This document shows positions 53,661 through 62,942 of a stretch of DNA of 64,000 nt, piece by piece (position 1 is the stretch's first letter; the number at the start of each line of letters is the position of its first letter). The position numbers and the translations under genes are program-made. A model generated the notes under the pieces. It searched no databases, was not told where the DNA came from, and saw only the letters and a list, made by a program, of their open reading frames with translations. Origin of the DNA: Synergistaceae bacterium (lineage in GTDB: Bacteria; Synergistota; Synergistia; Synergistales; Aminobacteriaceae); assembly GCA_017470485.1 (NCBI GenBank), contig JAFUYQ010000012.1, positions 21,535-85,534 of the forward strand. The letters are read 5' to 3'.

Positions 53661-55010
53661 ACTACCCCCGCTTATAGAAGCGGGGGCTTCCTAATTCAAC
53701 GAGGCTGCAATACAAATCTTGCGACTCATGTCGTCTTACGTCCTCTCCAAAGGCGTTAATTCCCTGCGTCCCACAGGTATTTATTTTTGGCAGAAGTATC
53801 ATATTACGAGCCGCGTGTATATCACGATCTTCACTGTATCCGCATTCACATTCATACACTCTGTCAGCTAACGTTATATTTTTCTTGAGCTTTCCGCAGT
53901 TAGGACAATATTTTGTCGTCGGCTGACTTTTTGATAATACTATTACACGTTCATGTTTCATCAGTTTGCTTTTGACAAGTCCCAATACTGAATGCTGCAC
54001 GGTGCGCCCAAAAAGTCCTTTATGCCAGCCCTTCAAGTTTTCGTCCTGCATGTATACTTTCTCATGCTCTAAAAGCTCATGCACGATTTTGTTCGCTGTG
54101 TCCTTTTTATGACTCGATAACTTCTGATATGCTCTGCGCAATAACTTCACCGCTTTGTACCGGTTGTTAGAACCTTTTTTGCGCCGCGCGATTAACCGCT
54201 GGCATTTCTTTATCCGTTCATTTTCTTCAACCAGCACTTTTATTTTTTGTCCTTCCGATGTTGTTACTGTCGTCTTTATTCCCATATCTATTCCGATTTC
54301 TGGCTTATATTTTTTCTTCTCACCTCCCTTATTCTGAAATGTCGTTACTGCCAAGTAATAACCGTCAGGAAGATTTAACAGTTTCGCATTGGCAAATTCA
54401 ATATTCGGGATATTCCAGAACTGATTAGCTCCCTTTATCTTTATTCGCCCTTTGAAACCCTGAAGCCCTATGTAATTCATACCATAGAACCTGTATGTTA
54501 CTTGGTACTGCTGAAGGTTTATCGACACATAATCGGACTTGTAACGCAAACTCCCGACTGTATGGTTATGTTTCTTCAGCGCGGAAAGAGATTTCAGACT
54601 GTGTTTCATGCCCTGTATCACTGACTGCCTCATCTGCGAGGATAAATATTCAAGCTCATGTGTTACCGGCTGTTTGTCTTTATCTAGCCCGTGAACAGTC
54701 CTAATAGATGTATCGTAATCGTTAATGTCGTGGTCATTCATGAAGGTTAAAACGTCATTATAGAGCCATTTAGCTTCTACAAACAGCATTTTAAGGCGAA
54801 CTCTTTGCCTATTGTTAAGGTGAGAGAAGTCTATTTTCACACGATACACGCGGCAGATTTGATTTTTGCGTTTTTCACGGGTCTGTCTGCCTTGTTCTCG
54901 TATACGGTTATTCTTGGCTAATCTCTGTTCTTCAGTCATGAAAATATTATATTATACTAACGGCGCAATTCATCTCCCTCTTACAGAAGTGGGAGGCTTC
55001 TTGCGCGTTA
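53655..55010 (-). mobile_element. TnpB-only IS200/IS605-type (IS1341-like) element; boundaries approximate
   Basis: Matched subterminal hairpins in the same orientation: 53665-53686 CCCCCGCTT-ATAG-AAGCGGGGG then GCTTCCT, and 54974-54995 CTCCCTCTT-ACAG-AAGTGGGAG then GCTTCTT. They bracket tnpB. Confidence 0.7.
53662..54939 (-). CDS. tnpB: TnpB (IS200/IS605-family OrfB, RuvC-type RNA-guided nuclease family)
   Basis: 425 aa. RuvC-I IGIDMGI, RuvC-II VYMQDENL, zinc finger CPNCG...CECG, RuvC-III EDRDIHAARNM. No tnpA is nearby. Confidence 0.9.
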   Translation of the reverse strand: MTEEQRLAKNNRIREQGRQTREKRKNQICRVYRVKIDFSHLNNRQRVRLKMLFVEAKWLYNDVLTFMNDHDINDYDTSIRTVHGLDKDKQPVTHELEYLSSQMRQSVIQGMKHSLKSLSALKKHNHTVGSLRYKSDYVSINLQQYQVTYRFYGMNYIGLQGFKGRIKIKGANQFWNIPNIEFANAKLLNLPDGYYLAVTTFQNKGGEKKKYKPEIGIDMGIKTTVTTSEGQKIKVLVEENERIKKCQRLIARRKKGSNNRYKAVKLLRRAYQKLSSHKKDTANKIVHELLEHEKVYMQDENLKGWHKGLFGRTVQHSVLGLVKSKLMKHERVIVLSKSQPTTKYCPNCGKLKKNITLADRVYECECGYSEDRDIHAARNMILLPKINTCGTQGINAFGEDVRRHESQDLYCSLVELGSPRFYKRG

Positions 55011-55021
55011 TGATAAACAAA

Positions 55022-55045
55022 TCCCCCTGCGTATTAACAGGGGGA
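55022..55045 (-). terminator. Terminator hairpin after speE
   Basis: Stem tccccctg / caggggga (8 bp). On the minus strand it is followed by atttgttt. Confidence 0.5.
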
Positions 55046-55050
55046 CAATT

Positions 55051-55908
55051 TTACTTTATCATTTCCTCGAGGAACGGAGGCAGTATAAAACTTGCCCTGT
55101 GAAGCTCATTCGTGTAATAGCGTGTCGGCTTAACCGTTCTTACCGGCTCGGAAGGATTTATGCCCGTTCCGTTCACAGAGAGGCCGTATGTCCACATTCC
55201 AGAAGGATACGTGGGGACTACGCCCCAGTACATATAGACATCAGGAAATACTTTCCTCATCTCGCGTATAGCCTGAGTCATCAAATCTGAATCAGTGAAC
55301 GGCGACTCAGTGAGTTCCGAGAGAACAGCCGAGTCGTTCATTACCCTCTTAACGTCAGCATAGAAACCCGACTGGAACAGCCCAGCCGCAAAATCTACAG
55401 GGTCAGTGCTGTCAATAATCACTACATCATAACGTTCATCAGTCTCACGGATATACTTCATAGCGTCCATGCACTTAACGTCAGCCCGTTCATCACTGAA
55501 TGAACACCCTGCAAACGGTAAATACTTCTTCGATGCCTCAATCACCCGTTCGTCAATGTCAATGAGAGTGCATTTCCTGACACATTCATGCTTCAGAACC
55601 TCGCGCATTATTGCCCCGTCCCCTCCGCCGATTATCATGACGTTCTTCGGGTCAGGGTGCGCGCAAATCGGAACATGCGCCATCATCTCGGAGTATGTGA
55701 ACTCGTCTTTCTCCGTAAGCTGGTACGCACCGTCAAGCATTAAAGTTCTTCCGTATTCAAACGTGTCGGCGATGAGCATTTCCTGATACGGAGTCTTCTC
55801 GGTGTGAATGAGGTCTTTAACACGGAGCGAGAGCTTCAGATTATCGCTGCTGTACTCGCTGAGCCAAAGGTCATTAGTTCGCTTCGGCCTCGTTACGTAT
55901 TCGCTCAT
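55051..55908 (-). CDS. speE: Spermidine synthase
   Basis: YQEMLIADT...GRTLMLDG, VMIIGGGDGAIMREVLKH, IDSTDP are PABS family motifs. Confidence 0.9.
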   Translation of the reverse strand: MSEYVTRPKRTNDLWLSEYSSDNLKLSLRVKDLIHTEKTPYQEMLIADTFEYGRTLMLDGAYQLTEKDEFTYSEMMAHVPICAHPDPKNVMIIGGGDGAIMREVLKHECVRKCTLIDIDERVIEASKKYLPFAGCSFSDERADVKCMDAMKYIRETDERYDVVIIDSTDPVDFAAGLFQSGFYADVKRVMNDSAVLSELTESPFTDSDLMTQAIREMRKVFPDVYMYWGVVPTYPSGMWTYGLSVNGTGINPSEPVRTVKPTRYYTNELHRASFILPPFLEEMIK

Positions 55909-57098
55909 GCCGATAATGCTGCTCCCAAGTTCGCGCCGAGTTCGGAAAGTTTCTCCAAGTCCTCCTGAGTCGGCGAGGCATAAACTTCGACTTCAGGGCC
56001 GATGAGTTCGAGCTTGCTTTTCTCCGCGTAATCATGAAGAGCGGTTAATGCCCCCTTGCTCCATGAATAACTGCCTGCTATGCCGATTATTTTGTTTTTG
56101 GGCATACGGTTGAGGAGCTTTGAGCATAAAGCCTCCATCGGTGGGAACAACTGAGTATTATACGTACAGGCCATGAGTGCGAATGCCTTGAACTTCCAGA
56201 TGTCCCGTAAAATATATGAAGGATCTGTCCTCGAAACATCATAGAGTCTGACATCATTAATTCCTGCTCCTGCTAATCCTGTGCAGACTGCCTCAGCCAT
56301 TTTCCTTGTGTTGCCGTACATTGAGCCGTAAGCTACTACAGCACCTTTATCGGCCTCGTACCTGCTCCATTTGTCATAGAGGGAAATTACGCGCTTAGGG
56401 TCTTTCCTGAACAGTGTGCCGTGAGACGGGAATATATTTGTTATAGGCAAAGCACCTAATTTCTTCAGTGCAACCTGAACGATATTTGAGTATTTGCCGA
56501 CTATGCAGGCATAGTAACGGAGCATTTCGTCTTCCCAGCGTTCGGGGTTTTTCTCGTCATCAAAGATTCCGCCCTCATGCGCTCCGAAGCCGCCGAACGA
56601 GTCATTCGAGAACAAAACGCCGGTAGTCGTGTCGAATGTTACCATGCTTTCCGGCCAGTGAAGCATAGGCACAGTGAAGAACCTCAGAACATGGCCGCCC
56701 AAGTCTAATGTATCCCCGTCTTTAACGGTGATGATGTCGTCCGTAATTCCGTGATAGCCTTTGAGCATTGGGAGGGTTTTGGCGTTGCCGATGAGTTTCA
56801 GCGATGGCCAGACTGATTTCAGCTGTGCGATTAAGCCTGAGTGGTCAGGCTCCATGTGATTGACGACAAGATAATTGAGAGTTCTGTGTCCTAATGCCTG
56901 AGTGAGTTTGCTGACGTAATCGTCAAGGTAAGGGCCTTTAACGGTATCAATGGCAGCAGTAGCAGTCGAACCGAGAACGACATAAGCATTGTAAGCGACT
57001 CCCTGCGGAAGCGGCCACAGAGATTCAAAAAGATCGGTTTCATGGTCATTAACGCCGAGCCACCATGTATCTTTGTTAGTTTTGATTGGTTTATACAT
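55905..57098 (-). CDS. FprA-type flavodiiron protein (metallo-beta-lactamase + flavodoxin domains)
   Basis: VVNHMEPDHSG (HxExDH), a later flavodoxin-like half (AVVAYGSMYGNTRKMAE), about 400 aa. Confidence 0.8.
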   Translation of the reverse strand: MYKPIKTNKDTWWLGVNDHETDLFESLWPLPQGVAYNAYVVLGSTATAAIDTVKGPYLDDYVSKLTQALGHRTLNYLVVNHMEPDHSGLIAQLKSVWPSLKLIGNAKTLPMLKGYHGITDDIITVKDGDTLDLGGHVLRFFTVPMLHWPESMVTFDTTTGVLFSNDSFGGFGAHEGGIFDDEKNPERWEDEMLRYYACIVGKYSNIVQVALKKLGALPITNIFPSHGTLFRKDPKRVISLYDKWSRYEADKGAVVAYGSMYGNTRKMAEAVCTGLAGAGINDVRLYDVSRTDPSYILRDIWKFKAFALMACTYNTQLFPPMEALCSKLLNRMPKNKIIGIAGSYSWSKGALTALHDYAEKSKLELIGPEVEVYASPTQEDLEKLSELGANLGAALSA

Positions 57099-57189
57099 CG
57101 AGTAATCAATTCCCCCTTCTTACGGGTTAAAATAATTTTAATCATTGTATCATGTCATTATTCAAAAAAATTTCGGAGGAGGCAGAATT

Positions 57190-58500
57190 ATGAACATCAT
57201 AAAAGGCGGAGCAGTCTCGAATCTTCTTTCAGGCGTGAAAATCCCAAAAATGTTCAGGGCAGAACAGAAATTCCCCAGACAAGCAATCAATCCCAAAGAT
57301 ATTCCGGCAAAAATTAACGCTGAGTTATCCAAAGAACCCTTCATCAGCAAAATCAAATCCGGAATGGAAATCGCTATCACCGCTGGAAGCAGAGGTGTCG
57401 CAAACGTCGCGTTAATCACAAAATCAATCGCCGATTTCGTCAGGGCAAGAGGCGCAGTACCCTTCATCGTTCCTGCGATGGGCAGTCATGGAGGCGCAAC
57501 TCCCGAAGGCCAGCTCGAAGTCCTCGAAGGCTACGGCATTACACCCGAATCAATGGGCTGTGAAATTCGCTCAAGCATGGAGGTAGTTCATCTCGGTGTC
57601 TCATCGACAGGCCGGAACGTCTACATTGACCGAAACGCTTACAATGCTGACGGAATAATCGTCTCATGCCGTCTCAAACCTCATAACGCTTTCAGAGGCT
57701 CTTACGAGTCGGGCCCCTGCAAGATGATGGCCGTAGGTCTCGGAAAGCAGAAGGGTGCTGAACAGGTTCACAGCGCAGGAATGGGGCATATCGCCGAGAA
57801 CATACCGTCAATCGCCCGTGTCATTCTCGAAAAAGCTCCCGTACTCTTTGCGCTGCCTTGCATTGAGAACGCTTACGATGAGACTTGCAGACTTGAGGCC
57901 GTTGACGCTCCTGACATTATGACCCGTGAACCTGAACTTCTGAAGTTTGCGTTCACTCAAATGCCGAGAATTATTGCTGGTGAATGCGATGTTCTGATTG
58001 TTGACGAGACAGGAAAGAATTTCAGCGGAACAGGCGTTGACCCCAATATCACTGGTACATTCTCGACTGAGTACGCAACGGGCGGAGTAAAAGTTCAGCG
58101 CACATGTTTCCTGAGACTCAGCGATGAGAGTCACGGGAACGCTCTGGGTGTCGGCCTCGCCAACGTCATAACAAAAAGATTCTACGAGGCCATTGACCCC
58201 GAAAAGATGTACCCCAACTGCATAACCTCAACCGTTCTCGCAAGCGCACGTATACCCTGTGTTGTTGCGACTGACAAGGAGGCCGTTCAAATGTGTATCA
58301 GGACATGCACAGGCATTGACAAAGAAAGAGTGAGGGTAATCCGCATTCCTAACAGCCTTCACATAGGAAACATAATGATGAGCGAGGAATATTATTCTGA
58401 TGTTGCCGCCGGAAAATGGGAAGGGATAACGGTGTTGTCAGAGCCAGAGGATTTGAAATTTGACAGCGAAGGGACTCTCATAACTCCGATAGTAGGGTAA
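57190..58500 (+). CDS. LarA-N-like (DUF2088) domain protein, possible 2-hydroxyacid racemase/epimerase family
   Basis: ATG 57190 follows GGAGGAGG. ITAGSRGVANVALI...FIVPAMGSHGG and CRLKPHNAFRGSYESGPCK resemble LarA N-domain motifs (ESHFFAGFSGGRK region). Family assignment is tentative. Confidence 0.45.
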   Translation: MNIIKGGAVSNLLSGVKIPKMFRAEQKFPRQAINPKDIPAKINAELSKEPFISKIKSGMEIAITAGSRGVANVALITKSIADFVRARGAVPFIVPAMGSHGGATPEGQLEVLEGYGITPESMGCEIRSSMEVVHLGVSSTGRNVYIDRNAYNADGIIVSCRLKPHNAFRGSYESGPCKMMAVGLGKQKGAEQVHSAGMGHIAENIPSIARVILEKAPVLFALPCIENAYDETCRLEAVDAPDIMTREPELLKFAFTQMPRIIAGECDVLIVDETGKNFSGTGVDPNITGTFSTEYATGGVKVQRTCFLRLSDESHGNALGVGLANVITKRFYEAIDPEKMYPNCITSTVLASARIPCVVATDKEAVQMCIRTCTGIDKERVRVIRIPNSLHIGNIMMSEEYYSDVAAGKWEGITVLSEPEDLKFDSEGTLITPIVG

Positions 58501-58554
58501 AATATAGACATTCCAGAAAAATTTTCCGCAAAATTTAATGAGGAGGGAAAAAAT

Positions 58555-60072
58555 TTGCGTGATTACGTGAAATTAACCGAGCGCGACAATGTCGCAGTAG
58601 TTACTCACGACACCCCTAAAGGCACTGAGATAATGCCCGGCCTTGAACTGCTCGATGACATTCCGCAGGCTCACAAATTCGCGCTCGCCGACATTCCGAA
58701 AGACGGTGAAATAATCCGTTACGGTGTTGTACTCGGCTATGCTCTCGACCCGATAAAGCGCGGAGCATGGATTAACGAACACATGCTGAGACTGCCTGTT
58801 TCGCCGTCAGTCGATAATCTTCCTTACGGCACCAACATCAAACCTAAAGAGGCTCTGCCCGAAGCTCCGCGAAAAACTTTCATGGGTTACAGAAATCCAG
58901 ACGGTTTTTACGCCGGAACACGCAACATTCTCGGCATTCAGACTACCGTTCAATGTGTTCAGGGTGTACTTGACGTTGCTGTCGCGAAGATTAAGAATGA
59001 AATTCTGCCAAAGTACCCCAATGTTGATGATGTTGTCGCCGTTAATCATGCTTACGGCTGCGGAGTGGCAATCAAAGCCCCTTTCGCTAAATTCCCGATA
59101 CGCGCTCTCAGGAACATCGCGAAACACCCGAACTTCGGCGGTCAACTTATGGTCGTGTCATTAGGCTGTGAGAAGCTGACTGTCGACATGCTCGTAGACC
59201 CTGAGAACAATACTCCCGAAAATGTCATAGTCCTTCAGGAATGCAAAGGCTACAACGCAATGATTGAGGCGATAATGAGCATGGCCGAACGCAAGTTGAA
59301 AGTGCTGAACCAGAGGAAGCGCGAGGAATTACCGTTGAGCGATCTTCTTGTGGGTATGCAGTGCGGAGGAAGCGACGCTTTTTCGGGGGTATCGGCTAAT
59401 CCCAGTGCCGGTTACGCCGCTGACATGCTTGTTCAGGCCGGAGCAACTGTGATGTTCAGCGAGGTAACGGAAGTTAGGGACGGTGTTCAGTTCATTGCCG
59501 AACGGTGCGTCAATGAGGAAGTAAGGGACAAGCTCGCCGAAGAAATGCGGTGGTACGATAATTACCTTGACGCCGGCGAGGTTGACAGGAGCGCGAACCC
59601 TACGCCCGGAAACAAGAAGGGCGGATTAAGCAACATAGTCGAGAAAGCTATGGGGTCAATAGCGAAGTCGGGAACTTCGCCGATTATCGAGGTCTTATCG
59701 CCGGCTGAACGCCCGACTAAACACGGAATGATTTACGCCGCCACCCCTGCAAGCGATATGGTCTGCGGCCCCTGCCAGCTTGCGAGCGGAATAGGACTTC
59801 AAGTCTTCATGACGGGAAGGGGAACTCCTTACGGTCTTGCGGCCGCGCCGGTAATAAAGGTCTGCTCAAGGAACGAGATGAAAGAGCAGTGGCCTGATGT
59901 CATTGATATTAGTGCCGGAGCAGTAGTTACGGGCGAGAAGACGATTCAGGAGGTTGGGACTGACCTTTTCAATTTCATTCTTGATGTCGCAAGCGGTACG
60001 AAGAAACCATACACAGAACAGTACGGGCTTCATAACTTCCTCTGCATATTCAATCCTGCGCCGATAACGTAG
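58555..60072 (+). CDS. UxaA/GarD family sugar-acid dehydratase (altronate/galactarate dehydratase-like)
   Basis: N-terminal SAF domain (NVAVVTHDTPKGTEI...AHKFALADIPKDGEIIRYG), a C-terminal UxaA domain with GCG/CGGSD motifs, about 505 aa. Confidence 0.8.
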   Translation: MRDYVKLTERDNVAVVTHDTPKGTEIMPGLELLDDIPQAHKFALADIPKDGEIIRYGVVLGYALDPIKRGAWINEHMLRLPVSPSVDNLPYGTNIKPKEALPEAPRKTFMGYRNPDGFYAGTRNILGIQTTVQCVQGVLDVAVAKIKNEILPKYPNVDDVVAVNHAYGCGVAIKAPFAKFPIRALRNIAKHPNFGGQLMVVSLGCEKLTVDMLVDPENNTPENVIVLQECKGYNAMIEAIMSMAERKLKVLNQRKREELPLSDLLVGMQCGGSDAFSGVSANPSAGYAADMLVQAGATVMFSEVTEVRDGVQFIAERCVNEEVRDKLAEEMRWYDNYLDAGEVDRSANPTPGNKKGGLSNIVEKAMGSIAKSGTSPIIEVLSPAERPTKHGMIYAATPASDMVCGPCQLASGIGLQVFMTGRGTPYGLAAAPVIKVCSRNEMKEQWPDVIDISAGAVVTGEKTIQEVGTDLFNFILDVASGTKKPYTEQYGLHNFLCIFNPAPIT

Positions 60073-60152
60073 AAAAAAAAATGCCCTCTCGCTGAATCGG
60101 TGAGAGGGCAAATATTTGTGTTATAATTCCCTAAAATTCCATGAAAAGGAGC

Positions 60153-60181
60153 TTGACAACGTAATTATGCAGGTGTACATT
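60153..60181 (+). promoter_or_regulatory. Sigma70-like promoter candidate upstream of the MBOAT/DHHW operon
   Basis: TTGACA (60153-60158), a 17-nt spacer, then TACATT (60176-60181). The predicted start site falls at the edge of the GACAC repeat. Confidence 0.45.
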
Positions 60182-60185
60182 CTTA

Positions 60186-60212
60186 GACACGACACGACAC
60201 GACACGACACGA
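60186..60212 (+). repeat. Pentanucleotide microsatellite (GACAC)5 + GA
   Basis: gacacgacacgacacgacacgacacga read directly; about 80 nt upstream of the MBOAT start codon. Confidence 0.95.
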
Positions 60213-60292
60213 ATCTTGTAGCCTTTTTTCCCCAAAAAACAAAATTTCCGAATAACTGCTTATTATACCGCATAGACGGGAGGATATAAATT

Positions 60293-61621
60293 ATGGTCTT
60301 CTCGTCAGGGGTATTCGTGTTTCTGTTCCTTCCCGGCCTCCTCTTAATGTATTACAGTCTCAAAAGCCGGACAATCCGCAATTATATCCTTCTCGCCGCG
60401 AGCCTCCTGTTTTACGCATGGGGCGAACCCGTTTTCGTCTTCATCATGACGGCTTCCATATTCCTCAACTGGTTTCTCTCAATCCTGATGTCAAAATCCT
60501 CGCTCCCGAAACTCTGGCTAACGCTGGCAATAAGCCTCGATGTTCTTCTTCTCGGAGTGTTCAAGTACGCAGGATTCATCACTGAGAACTTAGGGCTTGC
60601 CCGTGTGAATATCGCTCTGCCGATAGGAATATCATTCTTCACGTTCCAGATGATGAGTTACGTCTTCGATGTCTATTACGGAAAGGCTGAGGCTCAGAAA
60701 AATCCGCTCTACGTCGCGTTATACATATCATTCTTCCCTCAGTTGATAGCTGGGCCGATAGTCCGTTACAACCAGATTGAAAACGAAATCACAGAGAGGC
60801 ATGAAAACTTTGATGATTTTTCGGAAGGGGCTAGACGTTTCATTTACGGCTTGGGAAAGAAAGTTCTTCTCGCTAACTTCGCCGCTCAAATCGCTGATAA
60901 CGTCTTCGGCTACATCGTTAATCCTTCGGTTATGATGTCATGGCTCGGCGCGGTATCGTACACGCTGCAAATATATTTCGACTTCTCAGGCTACAGCGAC
61001 ATGGCGATAGGCTTGGGGTTAATGTTCGGGTTTCACTTCGAGGAAAACTTCAATTACCCCTACACTGCCTCAAGCGTAACGGATTTCTGGCGCAGGTGGC
61101 ACATCTCGCTTTCGACATGGTTCAGGGATTACGTTTATATTCCGATGGGAGGCAGCAGGGTATCGCATTCAAGACGGCTGATGAATCTTTTCGCTGTATG
61201 GCTTCTCACTGGGATATGGCACGGAGCAAACTGGACATTCATTCTCTGGGGACTGGTCTATTTCGCGCTGCTTGTGATTGAACGGGAGACTGGTTTCAAG
61301 CCCGGACATTTCCTGACAATGCTGGCGGTAATTCTGGCGTGGGTGGTATTCAGAGCTGACACTGTTGCGGAAGCCGTGAAGTTCATCGCTTCGATGTTCG
61401 GCCTTTCGGGTAATGCCCTCTATGACGGAGGCTTCATAAGTTATGTGAAAGGCACATGGTTAGTGATGATGTTAGCGGTGATTGGGATTTTCCCTATGGC
61501 AGGGAATTTTCTGAGGCGTTACAGATGGATTGAGTCCGCTTGGCTGATTGCAGTGCTTGGGGTGTCAGTCATTGAGATTGTCAGCTCAAGCTATAACCCG
61601 TTCATATATTTCAATTTCTGA
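60293..61621 (+). CDS. MBOAT family O-acyltransferase (AlgI/DltB-like)
   Basis: 442 aa polytopic protein. FWRRWHISLSTWFRDYVYIPMGG carries the invariant MBOAT His region. Confidence 0.9.
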   Translation: MVFSSGVFVFLFLPGLLLMYYSLKSRTIRNYILLAASLLFYAWGEPVFVFIMTASIFLNWFLSILMSKSSLPKLWLTLAISLDVLLLGVFKYAGFITENLGLARVNIALPIGISFFTFQMMSYVFDVYYGKAEAQKNPLYVALYISFFPQLIAGPIVRYNQIENEITERHENFDDFSEGARRFIYGLGKKVLLANFAAQIADNVFGYIVNPSVMMSWLGAVSYTLQIYFDFSGYSDMAIGLGLMFGFHFEENFNYPYTASSVTDFWRRWHISLSTWFRDYVYIPMGGSRVSHSRRLMNLFAVWLLTGIWHGANWTFILWGLVYFALLVIERETGFKPGHFLTMLAVILAWVVFRADTVAEAVKFIASMFGLSGNALYDGGFISYVKGTWLVMMLAVIGIFPMAGNFLRRYRWIESAWLIAVLGVSVIEIVSSSYNPFIYFNF

Positions 61622-61633
61622 TGAGGTGATGAA

Positions 61634-62902
61634 ATGAAACCTGAGAGATTTACGGCGTTGGTGTTTGTCGCGGTGATAGCGTTCTTCATGGTGCTTGCAC
61701 CGACAAGCCTTGTGATTAATAAAGTAGATAAAATGATAGAGAAGGCAAAAAAAGTAAATATTGATTGGGAAAAGCTGTATCCGTTTGCTGAGAACATATC
61801 TCACATCTCTACGGAAGAATCAAAATCGCTATACGAATATATCAAAGAGGGACTCAAAAGCTATACGTCGGATGCTCTCTTGGGATATACAAAAATCGTT
61901 GAGGCCTCAAAGAGATACGAAGATGTTGCAGGCTGGAATATGGCTCCAGTCTTTGACTACAACGCTGTCGTGAAACTGAAAGACGGTTATTTCACAAGCT
62001 ACAAAATGAGTCTTGATGTCGCTCCAGACGCGGCCTCAGTGAAGGAATTTGCGGACTTCTGCGCCGGAAAGGGAATTGATTTCATGTACATCAATTTCCC
62101 GACTAAGATATGTGTCTCGGAGGACAGAGACATCGCCGGAAAGCTGGATTTCGCGAATCAGAACGCTGACAGATTTTTGGCTCTGCTGAGAAATTCAGGA
62201 GTGAGGTGCTACGACTTCAGAAAGACTCTTCATGAGGACGGAATGAAACATCATGAGTCGTTCTTCGTAACTGACCACCATTGGAAGCCCGAAACAGGTT
62301 TATGGGCGGCAGGTCATATTCTGAGAATACTCAGGGACGATTTAGGCTGGAATGTTAATCCTGAGATACTTTCTCCCGAAAACTTCGAGTATGTCGTATA
62401 TCCTGAATGGTTCTTGGGGTCGCAGGGCAAAAAAGTAACGCTTGTTCGAGCGAAGCCGGACGATTTAACGGTAATATACCCGAAATTCAGAACGGACTTT
62501 CATGTTGAAATGCCATCGGTAAAAGTCAATGTGTCAGGGGACATAACGGGCTTTTACGATTTGGAACAAGTGAAGGAAAAAGACTTCTACAAATTGAACA
62601 ACTACTGTGTATACACATACGGGGATCAGCCGTTAATAAGGTCATGCAACAACTCTATGATAAACTCAAAACGTCTGCTGGTTATCAAGGATTCATTCTC
62701 TGAATGTGTTGTGCCGTTTCTGGCACTTGGGTTTCAGTACGTTGACGTGATAGATTTGCGAATTTTCACAGGTAGCTTGAGAACGTTCATCGATATGACC
62801 AAGCCTGACGCGGTGATAGTCGAGTATCACGCCACTATACCGGGCATAACGGTCAAACCGACAGCAACAAAGACAAATAAAAAATTTTATGACTTCAGAT
62901 AA
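61634..62902 (+). CDS. DHHW-motif protein (AlgX/AlgJ-like SGNH-type O-acetylation partner)
   Basis: N-terminal TM, the FFVTDHHW motif, downstream partner of the MBOAT gene (12-nt gap). Confidence 0.7.
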   Translation: MKPERFTALVFVAVIAFFMVLAPTSLVINKVDKMIEKAKKVNIDWEKLYPFAENISHISTEESKSLYEYIKEGLKSYTSDALLGYTKIVEASKRYEDVAGWNMAPVFDYNAVVKLKDGYFTSYKMSLDVAPDAASVKEFADFCAGKGIDFMYINFPTKICVSEDRDIAGKLDFANQNADRFLALLRNSGVRCYDFRKTLHEDGMKHHESFFVTDHHWKPETGLWAAGHILRILRDDLGWNVNPEILSPENFEYVVYPEWFLGSQGKKVTLVRAKPDDLTVIYPKFRTDFHVEMPSVKVNVSGDITGFYDLEQVKEKDFYKLNNYCVYTYGDQPLIRSCNNSMINSKRLLVIKDSFSECVVPFLALGFQYVDVIDLRIFTGSLRTFIDMTKPDAVIVEYHATIPGITVKPTATKTNKKFYDFR

Positions 62903-62908
62903 CAAAAA

Positions 62909-62942
62909 TCCCCCTAATTAGCTTTCAGGGGGAAAATTTTTT
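62909..62942. terminator. Bidirectional terminator hairpin
   Basis: Stem tccccct / aggggga with an 11-nt loop, flanked by A- and T-runs, between convergent genes. Confidence 0.5.

Noticed and set aside
60083-60111. Strong hairpin (tgccctctc...gagagggca) after the uxaA-like gene, with the U-run on the wrong side for the plus strand
   Set aside because: The A-run precedes the hairpin and only a weak T-run follows it. It may still terminate the plus-strand gene weakly or be a relic, so the evidence is too thin to call orientation or significance.
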